A DNA stretch of 64,000 nt from Candidatus Woesearchaeota archaeon (GCA_964366325.1 CAYITD010000002.1:32428-96427), one strand, 5' to 3'; positions 26,966-36,237 are shown, counted from the stretch's first letter. Notes: generated by a model not told the origin, from the sequence alone. Numbers and translations are program-made.

Positions 26966-28942
26966 TCACTGCGGTAAAACAGCATCCCATGGTGTGACAT
27001 ACCTTGGATTAAGCGGCTGTTTCCTTGTTCCACCGCTTGGAATACACACACCATTTGAACAAGAACAAGTAATCATTTGGCTGTTTACACTATTACCGCC
27101 TAATGTTGAATTATAAGCGCATCCAAATTCTCTAAGACTACTGGTTCCCAAGCAAATATCCTCTTGATAATTTTGTGGAGTTGTTGCAAGATACGCTCTT
27201 CCCTTAATAAGCACATTGCCATTGTCTGTATCAACGCAAATTGGACTGCAAACATTTGGTTGTCCAATACAAGCATATCCGTTCTCTAATTGGCAGATAG
27301 ATGAACAACCATCTCCACTGCCAGCATTTTGATCATCGCACGTTTCCCCAGGGAAGATTAAACCATCTCCACAAACAGATTGCTCATTTCTGCAAAGAGA
27401 TGAACAGCCGTCTCCATTTAATCTACTTCCATCATCGCACTCCTCCCCTCCAACAACAGTTTCAATAACATTATTTCCACACCTAGGACCAACGACAACA
27501 GTTGCATAATCATCTCCCAAAAAGGTAGGAGTTATAGTCAAACCATGTCCAGCATCGTAATAGGTCTGATCCTTAGGCAAAACAACATAAGAAGAATCAT
27601 CTTCATGTGAAGAGGTGTGAGGAGAAAAATCAAGAAGCACACTATCAACTTTCCCAAATTGGTTATTTCCCTGAGGAATAACTATTACTCCATCAGTACG
27701 TATTAAAACTCCATCAAATGCTCCAGGCCCTTTAGAATTATAAATAGATAAATCATATCCGATAGGTCTTCTGTATTCAATATAATAACTATCCGTAATA
27801 GAATCTATATCAGTAGTAGGTTCAAAGGGAACCCTCAAAGTCTTTATTCCCAAAGAACTAGTTTCAATAGGCTCTATATTAACTGCCACTGGTGTCTGTC
27901 TATTATGCATTTTAACTTGGGAACTAGATAACCATCCAAATCTAGATTTATGATACGCCCCGTAGTGGGCATAATAAAAAGAAGTCCCCATTATATCAAA
28001 AATATCCCCATATTCTTCAATATTCGCAGAACTGTAGCAAGAACTTTGAAAAGGCGAACTTCCACATTCTAAATCTCCAGAATGAAAAACGCCAAGATTA
28101 TGTCCAAATTCATGAGCAGCAGTTCCGCTATCAATATATGTTGGATTACTTATAGCACTCAATGAAAGAGGAAAAGTACCTTGGCTTGGAACATTCACAT
28201 TTAGCCAACCAACTGTGCCTAAACCAGAATAAGGGCAACTCGTAGAAGGAAAAACAAAAAAGACACGATCATAATTTACAAAATTAACAAACTGACTTGC
28301 CACACTAATAGCTCCATCTCTTAACATTCCCAAACCACACTTTTGAGTTGAAAAAGCAGATTGAGAAAAAGGAAGAGTATACCATCCATAAACATCTCCA
28401 GAAAGGAAGGTTTGATTGTAAGAAGACTCCCTCATATAGCTATTAATAGATTTCTGCCTGCTAGCGTCAAAAAATCTATCTCTTACATCCTGTAAAGACA
28501 TAGGCGCATTAGAAGGGTTATTATTAAAATTAACAAGAATGACGGCCGTTCTCTGTTCTCCTAAAGAAGAAACTCCCGAACCAGCAACAACACCACTATC
28601 TAAAATTTCCAAAGAATCAACCCCAAACATAGATTCCTCAGAAGCAGTATTAACAAAATTCCCAGAAATTCTTATGTTCTGCCCAGAGATAGAGATCTTT
28701 TCAATATCGGCCTGGGAAAATTGAAGCTTATAAGTTGCATCGCCAGTATTAATATAAAATTCAAAAAAACTGTTTGCTCCATCATAGTGAACAATCTCAA
28801 CAGTTCCTTCTAAAGTCAAAGGAGAATAAAACACTTCGCGATTAATAAAAAGAAAAAAAGCCATATAGACTGCAAATAAAAACACTAAAGCACTAACAAA
28901 AAAAACAAACACTTTTCTCTGCCTCTTTCTCATAAAATACAA
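26966..28942 (-). CDS. Secreted metzincin-type zinc metalloprotease with C-terminal Myxococcus-type cysteine-rich repeats
   Basis: N-terminal TM/signal and HEFGHNLGVFH (HExxHxxGxxH). There are two repeats, CGNNVIE..GEECDDGSRLNGDGCSSLC and CGDGLIFPGETCDDQNAGSGDGCSSIC, then a further Cys-rich tail. Confidence 0.75.
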   Translation of the reverse strand: MYFMRKRQRKVFVFFVSALVFLFAVYMAFFLFINREVFYSPLTLEGTVEIVHYDGANSFFEFYINTGDATYKLQFSQADIEKISISGQNIRISGNFVNTASEESMFGVDSLEILDSGVVAGSGVSSLGEQRTAVILVNFNNNPSNAPMSLQDVRDRFFDASRQKSINSYMRESSYNQTFLSGDVYGWYTLPFSQSAFSTQKCGLGMLRDGAISVASQFVNFVNYDRVFFVFPSTSCPYSGLGTVGWLNVNVPSQGTFPLSLSAISNPTYIDSGTAAHEFGHNLGVFHSGDLECGSSPFQSSCYSSANIEEYGDIFDIMGTSFYYAHYGAYHKSRFGWLSSSQVKMHNRQTPVAVNIEPIETSSLGIKTLRVPFEPTTDIDSITDSYYIEYRRPIGYDLSIYNSKGPGAFDGVLIRTDGVIVIPQGNNQFGKVDSVLLDFSPHTSSHEDDSSYVVLPKDQTYYDAGHGLTITPTFLGDDYATVVVGPRCGNNVIETVVGGEECDDGSRLNGDGCSSLCRNEQSVCGDGLIFPGETCDDQNAGSGDGCSSICQLENGYACIGQPNVCSPICVDTDNGNVLIKGRAYLATTPQNYQEDICLGTSSLREFGCAYNSTLGGNSVNSQMITCSCSNGVCIPSGGTRKQPLNPRYVTPWDAVLPQ

Positions 28943-28969
28943 TGAAATATATTATATTTAAAACTATAG

Positions 28970-30121
28970 TCAAACCTTTTTCAAGCTACTAATAATCTCC
29001 TGAAGGGAAAATTTCTTTACAGTTGTAACAACGTCTCCTCCGCCAGAAAAAATCAAAACATCAGAACCATTTTTGTCAAGAATCAAACCTGTAGGAAAAA
29101 ATACATCCTTATTTTCAAAAGTTCCTTTTTCATATTTTCTAATAGGTAAAATTAAAGGTTTTTCAGATTTCGCAATAATCTTTTTAGGATTATACAAATC
29201 TAGAAGAAGAGCGCCAGCACAGTATATATCCCTAAACTCTTCTTCTTTATCCTCTTTAATAAAATGCTCACGTAAAAAATCAGATATGCTCTTTTCTTTT
29301 CTAATGTGCCTATTTATCACGCCATGATAAATAAAAAGCCAACCATGTTTCGTCTTTAAAGGTGGTGGACCAGCACCCACTCTCCCAGAATCCCACTTTC
29401 CCTTCTGTGAAATTTCCAATGCGAAAGACTCACCCCAATAAGTTAAATCTTGAGAGAAGGAAAGCCAGATATTAGGAGAAGTAAAATTAAAATTTCCCTC
29501 AGGACGATTAAAAGCAAGATATTTATGATTTATCAGTTCAGGGAATATTGTAACATCTTTGTTTTGATGGCCAAAAATTATGCCTCTTCTATACCATTTT
29601 TTAGAATCATTTGAAATTGCTAAGTTTGTAGAAACGTTTCCTGTCCTTGATAAGCCAACATAAGTCATAACATACAAATCCTTTATTTTTGTTATTCTTG
29701 GGTCTTCAACTCCCAGTTCTCCATCCCATTCAAGCCCTGAAAAAGAAGGCTTCTGTTCAATACTCTTTACTTTAAATCCTGAAGAATCAAGAACAACACG
29801 TCTAAAATGAGATATGAAAGTAAGTCTTTTTGTATTATCCTTAAAAGTAAAATCTAAATCAGAAAAGTCTTTTATTTCCGATTTAGGAAACTTGTCAATT
29901 GTTATTTTGAATTTTTCCTCTCCAGAAAAACGGGGAGCATAACAATATTTTTCATCATCTGTTTTTTTCAGTTTTTCTATAACTCTCACATACAAAACTA
30001 TATCTCCATTAGAAAGCCTAGCTACGCCTGGATTCATTGTGCCAATAACTTCAAATTTAGTCGATGAAGGAGTTATATTTTCAGGAGATAAAAGAACTGC
30101 CTCTCTTTTTGATTTTATCAT
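28970..30121 (-). CDS. GH130-family glycoside phosphorylase/hydrolase (beta-mannoside type, PH1107-like)
   Basis: NPGV, GVEDPRITKI, NKDVTIFPE, FNRP and GWLFIYHGV follow the GH130 five-bladed propeller motif order. Confidence 0.75.
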   Translation of the reverse strand: MIKSKREAVLLSPENITPSSTKFEVIGTMNPGVARLSNGDIVLYVRVIEKLKKTDDEKYCYAPRFSGEEKFKITIDKFPKSEIKDFSDLDFTFKDNTKRLTFISHFRRVVLDSSGFKVKSIEQKPSFSGLEWDGELGVEDPRITKIKDLYVMTYVGLSRTGNVSTNLAISNDSKKWYRRGIIFGHQNKDVTIFPELINHKYLAFNRPEGNFNFTSPNIWLSFSQDLTYWGESFALEISQKGKWDSGRVGAGPPPLKTKHGWLFIYHGVINRHIRKEKSISDFLREHFIKEDKEEEFRDIYCAGALLLDLYNPKKIIAKSEKPLILPIRKYEKGTFENKDVFFPTGLILDKNGSDVLIFSGGGDVVTTVKKFSLQEIISSLKKV

Positions 30122-30131
30122 TGTAAAAGTT

Positions 30132-31274
30132 TTAAATCAATAAAACCCTCTTATTTTTTAAAGATTCATAAGCCAAAATATAAGTTCCAGCGTTCCAACC
30201 TTGTCCTCCACCAATGCTTGGTTTTCCAGTTTTTCCATGTATCCATTCACTAAAATTCTCGTTCATCAAAAGGTTAGCTTCTGCCACTTTCTCAAGTTGC
30301 TCTTTCGCTTCCTTAAACATTTTTAACTTTATCAAAGAGAGAACATAAAAAGATCCTATATAAGGCCAAACGCCTCCGTTCAAATACGAAAAAGGTTTTC
30401 CAGCATCAGAATCTTTAAAGTAATCCTTCCATTCTTTAGTTCCCTGTTTTATAGGAGGGTAAATTGCTTTAACAGGAAAGGGAAAGTCAATCTTATTTTT
30501 TTTAATATAACTTATAATTTTCTTAGCCTTTAGTTCATCAGCAAGACCAAACAAAATAGCTAATAAATTACCCAAAGAATCAAACCACTCACCTATTTCT
30601 CTGTATTTATTATGATTTTTCCATCTATAAGCATAATAATAATTTCCATTCCATAAAAGACAATCATCTTTGTCTTCATTAACTTTTCTTCTCAACGCTT
30701 CAGCCTCTTTAGTCTTCCCAGTAATTATAAGAACTTTATAATAAAGAGCCTGCGTGTTAATTGTATGTCCATACCTGTGAGGAAAAGCATCCTGCCAATC
30801 AGTTGTAGGCAATTGTTCTAAAAGTCCATCCTCCCCCATATCTTGATAAGAAAGCCAAACAAGAGCCTTTTTTATATTACCTTCCAATTTCTCAAACAAA
30901 GATAGATCCCTATATCTTTCCTTAAAAACATAGCATCCAATTATGAACCAAAGAGAAGAATCAATCGATTTAAAATCTACATGCGCCTTCCTATCTTTTG
31001 AAAAAATATCAACTGCATTGGGTATCTGCCCTTTCTCTGATTGATGTTTTGCCAAAGTAATCAAAGAATTTTTGAAAGTCTCTCTAAAATCCGCTCCCAA
31101 AAGGGAAGAACCTAGAGAAATAATCATACTATCCCTTGCCCAAACAGCATCATATCCTGGAAAAGCAGCAAAAAAACCATTTGGAGTCGAAGCCTTTTCA
31201 AGTAACTCAACAGATTTCGCAAAGCATAAATCACTTTTCTCCCCAATCAATTTATTTCTTAGAATTTCACCCAT
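30132..31274 (-). CDS. Six-hairpin glycosidase-like protein (GDE_C / amylo-alpha-1,6-glucosidase-like)
   Basis: VWARDSMI, TTDWQD, GGVWPY and QGWNAGTY motifs typical of (alpha/alpha)6 GDE_C/GH100-like enzymes. Confidence 0.65.
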   Translation of the reverse strand: MGEILRNKLIGEKSDLCFAKSVELLEKASTPNGFFAAFPGYDAVWARDSMIISLGSSLLGADFRETFKNSLITLAKHQSEKGQIPNAVDIFSKDRKAHVDFKSIDSSLWFIIGCYVFKERYRDLSLFEKLEGNIKKALVWLSYQDMGEDGLLEQLPTTDWQDAFPHRYGHTINTQALYYKVLIITGKTKEAEALRRKVNEDKDDCLLWNGNYYYAYRWKNHNKYREIGEWFDSLGNLLAILFGLADELKAKKIISYIKKNKIDFPFPVKAIYPPIKQGTKEWKDYFKDSDAGKPFSYLNGGVWPYIGSFYVLSLIKLKMFKEAKEQLEKVAEANLLMNENFSEWIHGKTGKPSIGGGQGWNAGTYILAYESLKNKRVLLI

Positions 31275-31360
31275 TTTTCCTCTTTATGTTAATAACAGTA
31301 TTGTTTAATATTTAAAGGTTTTACCTTGCAATTTATAGAATATTATTTTAAGTTTGTTTC

Positions 31361-31696
31361 CTAGAGGACCTTGCTAATTTCAAACTTAATCTTTTCAAGA
31401 GTTTTATCATTAATTTTTCCTATTTTCATAATAATAAGATTTTTCTTAATTGTAAAAATTTTATCAATTCTAATCCTGCTTTGTTTTAACAATTTACCAG
31501 ATTCTAGACTGTCTTGATTTAGTATTAAAGAGAAAGGCTCATTTTTTATTACAGTTGTTAAAGGAACCAATACGCAATCTTCACATCTCTTGTTGAAGTT
31601 ATCATTTGAAACAATTATCGCTGGTCTAACCTTACTACCTCCTTGATCACTAAATGGATAAGGTAATAAAACTAACTCTCTTTGTTGGAATATCAT
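31361..31696 (-). CDS. mazF: Type II toxin-antitoxin toxin, PemK/MazF endoribonuclease
   Basis: RELVLLPYPFSDQGGSKVRPAIIVSND is the canonical MazF N-terminal motif. Confidence 0.85.
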   Translation of the reverse strand: MIFQQRELVLLPYPFSDQGGSKVRPAIIVSNDNFNKRCEDCVLVPLTTVIKNEPFSLILNQDSLESGKLLKQSRIRIDKIFTIKKNLIIMKIGKINDKTLEKIKFEISKVL

Positions 31697-31697
31697 G

Positions 31698-31958
31698 TTA
31701 TTTTCTTAAATAAGAAGCCCAGATATCATCCTCTTTATTGTCCCAAACTTCTTTTAAAGAGTCTTCATTGTATTTTAAAATATCCTCAAAATCATCTTTC
31801 ATAGATTGAGAAACCCTATCTGCCTTTTCGATTAAAATCTTTCCTTCTGTTTCAACTAATAATAACTCATCACCCTGTTCAATTCCTACATTTTCCCTCA
31901 TAGAGGTTGGAATTGCTATTTGCCCTTTCTCCGAAACTCTAACTGTCTTAATTTCCAT
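31698..31958 (-). CDS. mazE: AbrB/MazE/SpoVT-type antitoxin
   Basis: [28 protein letters not shown] is a swapped-hairpin AbrB-like motif. There is a 1-nt gap to mazF. Confidence 0.8.
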   Translation of the reverse strand: MEIKTVRVSEKGQIAIPTSMRENVGIEQGDELLLVETEGKILIEKADRVSQSMKDDFEDILKYNEDSLKEVWDNKEDDIWASYLRK

Positions 31959-31964
31959 GATCGT

Positions 31965-31980
31965 GTAAGAATTTTCTTAC
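31965..31980. promoter_or_regulatory. 16-bp perfect palindrome GTAAGAA-TT-TTCTTAC between a TATA-like box and the mazE start (candidate operator)
   Basis: Read directly. On the minus strand, TTTATAAG lies just upstream and the mazE ATG (31958) about 7 nt downstream. Confidence 0.45.
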
Positions 31981-32002
31981 TTATAAATATTTCCAATTTA
32001 AT

Positions 32003-32917
32003 TTATTCCCACTTTTCATACTTTCTAGAACCACCAAACCATTCAGCATAATCTAAATTGGGAGTTTTATTTTCCTCTCTTTCTTGGCGACTATTTTTAA
32101 AAACACGCCCTCCTTCTATAACCTGACCAAGCAAATAAATTGGATTTTGACTTGTTTGAAAAAATATTTTTCCTCTAGCGACTGGTCTAGTTTCTCTAAC
32201 AAGAGCAACAGCACCCATAAACTCTTCTGGAGAGGCTAGATAGGGAGAACTAACAGTAAGATCATCAACCCATCTAGTATATGCGCAGCCTCTTTCCTTA
32301 GCTTTCGAATCAAGCAAATCATCTAAATCATATAAGGCTCTATTAAACAAAGGCATACTGTGAGGAGATCCTTGAGGAAGAGATCTTTGATCGTTATAAG
32401 TTACTGTACACACTTGTGCTAAAAATCCTGCACATTCAATTCTTTCTTCTTGTCCAAAGTCACCAAATGCTTTATAAAAAAAATCAAAAACCTGCCTTAT
32501 TCCAACATTATTAAATGCGTTTGCTAAATCAAAAGATAAAACTGAGGCACAAGGAACATGGGTTTCCAAACTTCTCTTTGGGCTCCACCCTTTTTCACCT
32601 CCATGCGCAGTTGAATGTATAGATCCTCTCTGAATAACAGGAACTAATCTTCTCAGAAAGTATCCAAATTCTTCATTTGGAACTGCCAAAGCCCTCTTTT
32701 TCCCATTCACCTCTTGTTCCCATCTTGAATACAACTTTCCCCTTTGATACAAATCTCTCATTCTAACCATAGCAGTCTCCACTTCGTTTAGTGGAAAAAG
32801 TGTCTCTTCCGTTCCTTCCATAGCTTCAACAAGCAGAGTCTTTGCGCTAGTATCTAAAATTCTAAATGGGTCTCTTGCCTCTGCTATATAATTATCAAAT
32901 TCATTTGTAGCTACCAT
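32003..32917 (-). CDS. Stand-alone reverse transcriptase (304 aa, RT domain only; retron/Abi/UG-like)
   Basis: The ordered RT motifs are: NGKKRALAVPN (motif 1), FLRRLVPVI (2), AHGGEKGWSPKRSLETH, VLSFDLANAFNNV (A), LPQGSPHSMPLFN (B), YTRWVDDLTVSS (C, YxDD), ARGKIFF (D) and IYLLGQVI (E). No maturase, endonuclease or effector extension is present. Confidence 0.8.
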   Translation of the reverse strand: MVATNEFDNYIAEARDPFRILDTSAKTLLVEAMEGTEETLFPLNEVETAMVRMRDLYQRGKLYSRWEQEVNGKKRALAVPNEEFGYFLRRLVPVIQRGSIHSTAHGGEKGWSPKRSLETHVPCASVLSFDLANAFNNVGIRQVFDFFYKAFGDFGQEERIECAGFLAQVCTVTYNDQRSLPQGSPHSMPLFNRALYDLDDLLDSKAKERGCAYTRWVDDLTVSSPYLASPEEFMGAVALVRETRPVARGKIFFQTSQNPIYLLGQVIEGGRVFKNSRQEREENKTPNLDYAEWFGGSRKYEKWE

Positions 32918-33013
32918 TTTACCTCTTTTACTTGATTTGAGCTATCTAAGAATTATAAATACATTTGTGTGATTTGCAATAATACTTAAAAACTCAACTA
33001 GTTTCCAATCAAA

Positions 33014-33328
33014 ATGAAATATAGAGCGAAATTCGAAATAGATTGTGGAGTTTCAAATGGTTATGGTTTGAAATGTCCAGATAATGTAGAAAGAACAGAA
33101 TCATTTTCTGAAGAAAATGATCAACTAGCTTATCAAGAGTCTATGAGGATGGCTGAAAGCTTCTCTAATGATTATTTGAGTAATCCGAACACAGGTCTAA
33201 CCACAGTTAAATTAAAGTCATTAAGAGAAAAAGACAGAGAAGTTTCTTTTAATGAATGTGGGTCAACTGTTCAGCGTTCAATGTTACAGCACATATTAAC
33301 TATGGATACAAAACAAGAGAGAGTTTAA
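33014..33328 (+). CDS. Hypothetical protein (104 aa), divergent from the RT
   Basis: Intact ORF 96 nt from the RT start; no family recognised. Confidence 0.35.
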   Translation: MKYRAKFEIDCGVSNGYGLKCPDNVERTESFSEENDQLAYQESMRMAESFSNDYLSNPNTGLTTVKLKSLREKDREVSFNECGSTVQRSMLQHILTMDTKQERV

Positions 33329-33339
33329 TCTCATTTTAA

Positions 33340-35553
33340 TCAAACCAATTCTTCCATCTCAAGTCTCGCAGAAAGATAAGCCAAAGTTGATTCCGCTCCC
33401 TGATTCAAATTTAAATCATTTTTATCTAAGCCATCATAACATCCACCAGTACCTTCATTATAAACAACCTGATTCAATGTATTTTTTCCTAAAAACCATT
33501 GAAAAGCTTGTAGGGCCTTTCTCTCATATTCAGAATCATTCGCGATCTTATAAGCCAAAGAAAGAGCTTGAACCATAGCTGCAACATCCAAAGGCTGTTG
33601 ATCATAATAAGCCTTCTGTCCACCTTTTTTATACCAACCATTCTGACCTACAGGAACAAATAAATCATTCTCAAAAGTTTTGGACATTAAGAAGTTTAAA
33701 GAGGAAATAGCAACATCAAGATACTCTTTATTTTGTGTACTGATATACGCATAAAAAAGAGCCTCGCACATTCTGCTATTAGAATAAGTCAATTCATTTT
33801 CAAACCAATTCCAATCCGATGAAGAATTTTCTTTATACAATCCAACAAGATAATCTGAAAACTTTCTTATATTTTTGATAGTATCTTCAGAATAGTTATC
33901 TTTATTGTAATAGTATAAACTAGAAATAACATAAGAAATAGCCCTTGGTGCATGAAACTCAGAAGTTACAGGGATAGATTTTAAGAAAATTTCCTTCATT
34001 TCATTTCTTATTTCCTGAGGAATGGCTTGAAAGCTTGCGACTAAAGATAAAGAGCGCATGGCTCTTCCATGAGCTTCTTCACTCCAAGAAGATTTGTTTA
34101 TTTTTCTGTCCTTTGAAACAACATTATAAAATCTACCTTCTTTGCCCTGAACAAATTTAACATAATTCAGATAAGTCTTAAGCAATTGCAAAAATACAGG
34201 ACTCTTTGATCTATTATATAATTTGGCGGAAACAATTAAAGCCCTAGAATTATCATCCAAAGTATATCCTGAATTTTTATTTGGTTTAGTATATTTAGCA
34301 AACTGTATTATTCCAAAGTCGTCAGTGAGTCTTCTCATGTGTTTTGTATTTATTCTTGGAAGCTCCTCAAAATAAGTCTCTGGGATGGAAAAGAATTTTC
34401 TAATTTCATCTCCATAAGACAATGCGACGTTAGGCCAAGTCATATGTCTTGTAAACTCATAATTTGTCTGTTCTATATCTTTCATTTTTTTCTTATCTTT
34501 TAATATTTCCAATAATGCATCTTTAAAAGATTCAGAGTTATGAAAATCTGGCAATAAAACTCCGTGTTCAGGGCTAACAAGATCCTGGGCATGAAGGAAA
34601 GGAGTAGAAACAACGGCCCGTCCACAACCAAGAGCATAAGCTAAAGTTCCTGAAGTTATTTGTTCAGGAGTTAAAGAAGAAGAAACATAAATGTCAGTAG
34701 CCTTCAAATACTGTATAATTTCTTTCAAAGTTACATACTTGTTATAAAATTTCACATTATCCTGAATTCCAAACTTCTTAATCTGTTTGTCTAAAAAGTT
34801 TCTATACTTCTCTCCCTCTTGTTTTCTTACAACAGGATGGGTCGCGCCTACAATAAGATAAACTATGTTGGGATATTTTTTCACAACTTCAGGAAGAGCT
34901 TGAATAACATACTCATATCCCTTTCCACGATTTATCATACCAAAAGAAGATAATAAAATCTTACCCTCAAATCCCATTTGCTTTTTAAGATTATTTTGCG
35001 ATTCATAAGACACAACTGGAATACCATGGGCGATCACTTTTATAGGAGTTGAAATATTATAGTCTCTCTTTAAAATTTCAACACCTTTAGGAGTCATAAC
35101 CACAATTTGAGTAACTTTCTCAGCTATCCTTCTGACAACATCCAGTCTTTTTTTATCAGGCGATGGAAGAATACTATGAAAAGTAATAAATGAAGGTTTC
35201 TTAAGAACACTTAAAAAATCAATTATAAATTCGCCGTATTCTCCTCCAAAAATCCCAAATTCGTGCTGAATAGAAACTAATTTTACACTGTCATTTTTAT
35301 TTATCTTTTCTGCAACTTTCTTATATTCAGGTCGATTGCTATCACTCAGTTGATAAATAACTTTTTTAGGATAATTGTAAACGTTCACGCCATTATTATT
35401 CATAGCAAGAATTTTAGTTTTCAAAAATGGAGAAAATTTCTTTTCAATAGCGTCTGAAAGATCTTTTGTAAAAGTCGCTATACCGCACTCTCTTGGAGGA
35501 TAAGTACTAACAAATAGAATACAATTCTCATCAACCTCTCTCTGCATCAACAA
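33340..35553 (-). CDS. GT4 glycosyltransferase fused to a C-terminal ~340-aa (alpha/alpha)-toroid-like domain
   Basis: N-terminal FVSTYPPRECGIATFTKDL and SGTLAYALGCGRAVVSTPF are GT4 motifs. The C-terminal half is helical-repeat rich, with no motif I can name. Confidence 0.7.
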   Translation of the reverse strand: MLMQREVDENCILFVSTYPPRECGIATFTKDLSDAIEKKFSPFLKTKILAMNNNGVNVYNYPKKVIYQLSDSNRPEYKKVAEKINKNDSVKLVSIQHEFGIFGGEYGEFIIDFLSVLKKPSFITFHSILPSPDKKRLDVVRRIAEKVTQIVVMTPKGVEILKRDYNISTPIKVIAHGIPVVSYESQNNLKKQMGFEGKILLSSFGMINRGKGYEYVIQALPEVVKKYPNIVYLIVGATHPVVRKQEGEKYRNFLDKQIKKFGIQDNVKFYNKYVTLKEIIQYLKATDIYVSSSLTPEQITSGTLAYALGCGRAVVSTPFLHAQDLVSPEHGVLLPDFHNSESFKDALLEILKDKKKMKDIEQTNYEFTRHMTWPNVALSYGDEIRKFFSIPETYFEELPRINTKHMRRLTDDFGIIQFAKYTKPNKNSGYTLDDNSRALIVSAKLYNRSKSPVFLQLLKTYLNYVKFVQGKEGRFYNVVSKDRKINKSSWSEEAHGRAMRSLSLVASFQAIPQEIRNEMKEIFLKSIPVTSEFHAPRAISYVISSLYYYNKDNYSEDTIKNIRKFSDYLVGLYKENSSSDWNWFENELTYSNSRMCEALFYAYISTQNKEYLDVAISSLNFLMSKTFENDLFVPVGQNGWYKKGGQKAYYDQQPLDVAAMVQALSLAYKIANDSEYERKALQAFQWFLGKNTLNQVVYNEGTGGCYDGLDKNDLNLNQGAESTLAYLSARLEMEELV

Positions 35554-35638
35554 GATAGCTAATTTGGATTAATAAATTTAACTCAATCTTATTGCTCGAA
35601 CTGAGTTAATACCCTCCAACTTGCTGTGGTTGGGATTT

Positions 35639-36022
35639 TTATTTTTTCTTGAATCCTAGAGCTGCTGAATTAATACAAAATCTTTTACAACCATTTGAAC
35701 CATCATCAAAAACATGACCTAAGTGCCCACCACATTTTTTACAAATCACTTCGACTCGACGCATTCCGTGACTGGAATCTTCTTTAAGCTCAACATTCTT
35801 TGTGTTAGCCGGTTCCGTAAAACTAGGCCAACCTGTTCCAGAATCAAACTTTGTATCGGAAGAAAAAAGCTCTGCACCACAACCAGCACAATTATACATT
35901 CCTTTCTCCTTGTTATGCAAATACTCACCAGTGAAAGGCTTTTCAGTTCCTTTTTCCCTCAGAATATCATGCTGTTCCTTACTAAGCTTATTCAATTTAA
36001 TCTTGTCTTTTCTTGCTTCCAT
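35639..36022 (-). CDS. msrB: Peptide-methionine (R)-S-oxide reductase
   Basis: CAGCGAELF, GWPSF, CKKCGGHLGHVFDDG and RFCINS. Confidence 0.92.
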   Translation of the reverse strand: MEARKDKIKLNKLSKEQHDILREKGTEKPFTGEYLHNKEKGMYNCAGCGAELFSSDTKFDSGTGWPSFTEPANTKNVELKEDSSHGMRRVEVICKKCGGHLGHVFDDGSNGCKRFCINSAALGFKKK

Positions 36023-36227
36023 AATTATTGATTATAGCTCCAAGTGCAACTATAATTAAAACTAAAGGAAGCCATGGAACATTGAAGTTAATGTATCCAG
36101 TCTCACTCAAAAACCAAATCACAGCTACAACCAAAACTATAAACCAAAATGTCGGAAAGCTCTTGTTTTTAACCATACAAAATGCAAAGAAGATAAGTTT
36201 ATAAATATTAAGAAGGCACTTTTTCAA
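35997..36227 (-). CDS. Small membrane protein (76 aa)
   Basis: Two hydrophobic helices; overlaps the msrB start region. Confidence 0.35.
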   Translation of the reverse strand: MKKCLLNIYKLIFFAFCMVKNKSFPTFWFIVLVVAVIWFLSETGYINFNVPWLPLVLIIVALGAIINNYGSKKRQD

Positions 36228-36237
36228 CTTTCCTTAA

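Noticed and set aside
32003-32917. Group II intron-encoded RT/maturase
   Set aside because: The ORF is only 304 aa, with no X/maturase or En domain. The flanks are short AT-rich spacers without recognisable GUGYG 5' end or domain V/VI-like GC-rich helices.
32918-33013. Retron msr/msd ncRNA upstream of the RT
   Set aside because: I found no long a1/a2-type inverted repeats or stable stem-loops by eye in the 96-nt spacer. This cannot be excluded without folding or covariation analysis, so it is listed as a check rather than a feature.
32003-33340. Diversity-generating retroelement (common in DPANN) as the explanation for the RT
   Set aside because: Motif B is QGSPHS rather than the DGR-type [ILV]GxxxSQ. 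The flanks (44 nt and 96 nt) leave no room for a template repeat. I saw no ~100-bp near-repeat with A-specific mismatches in neighbouring gene 3' ends.
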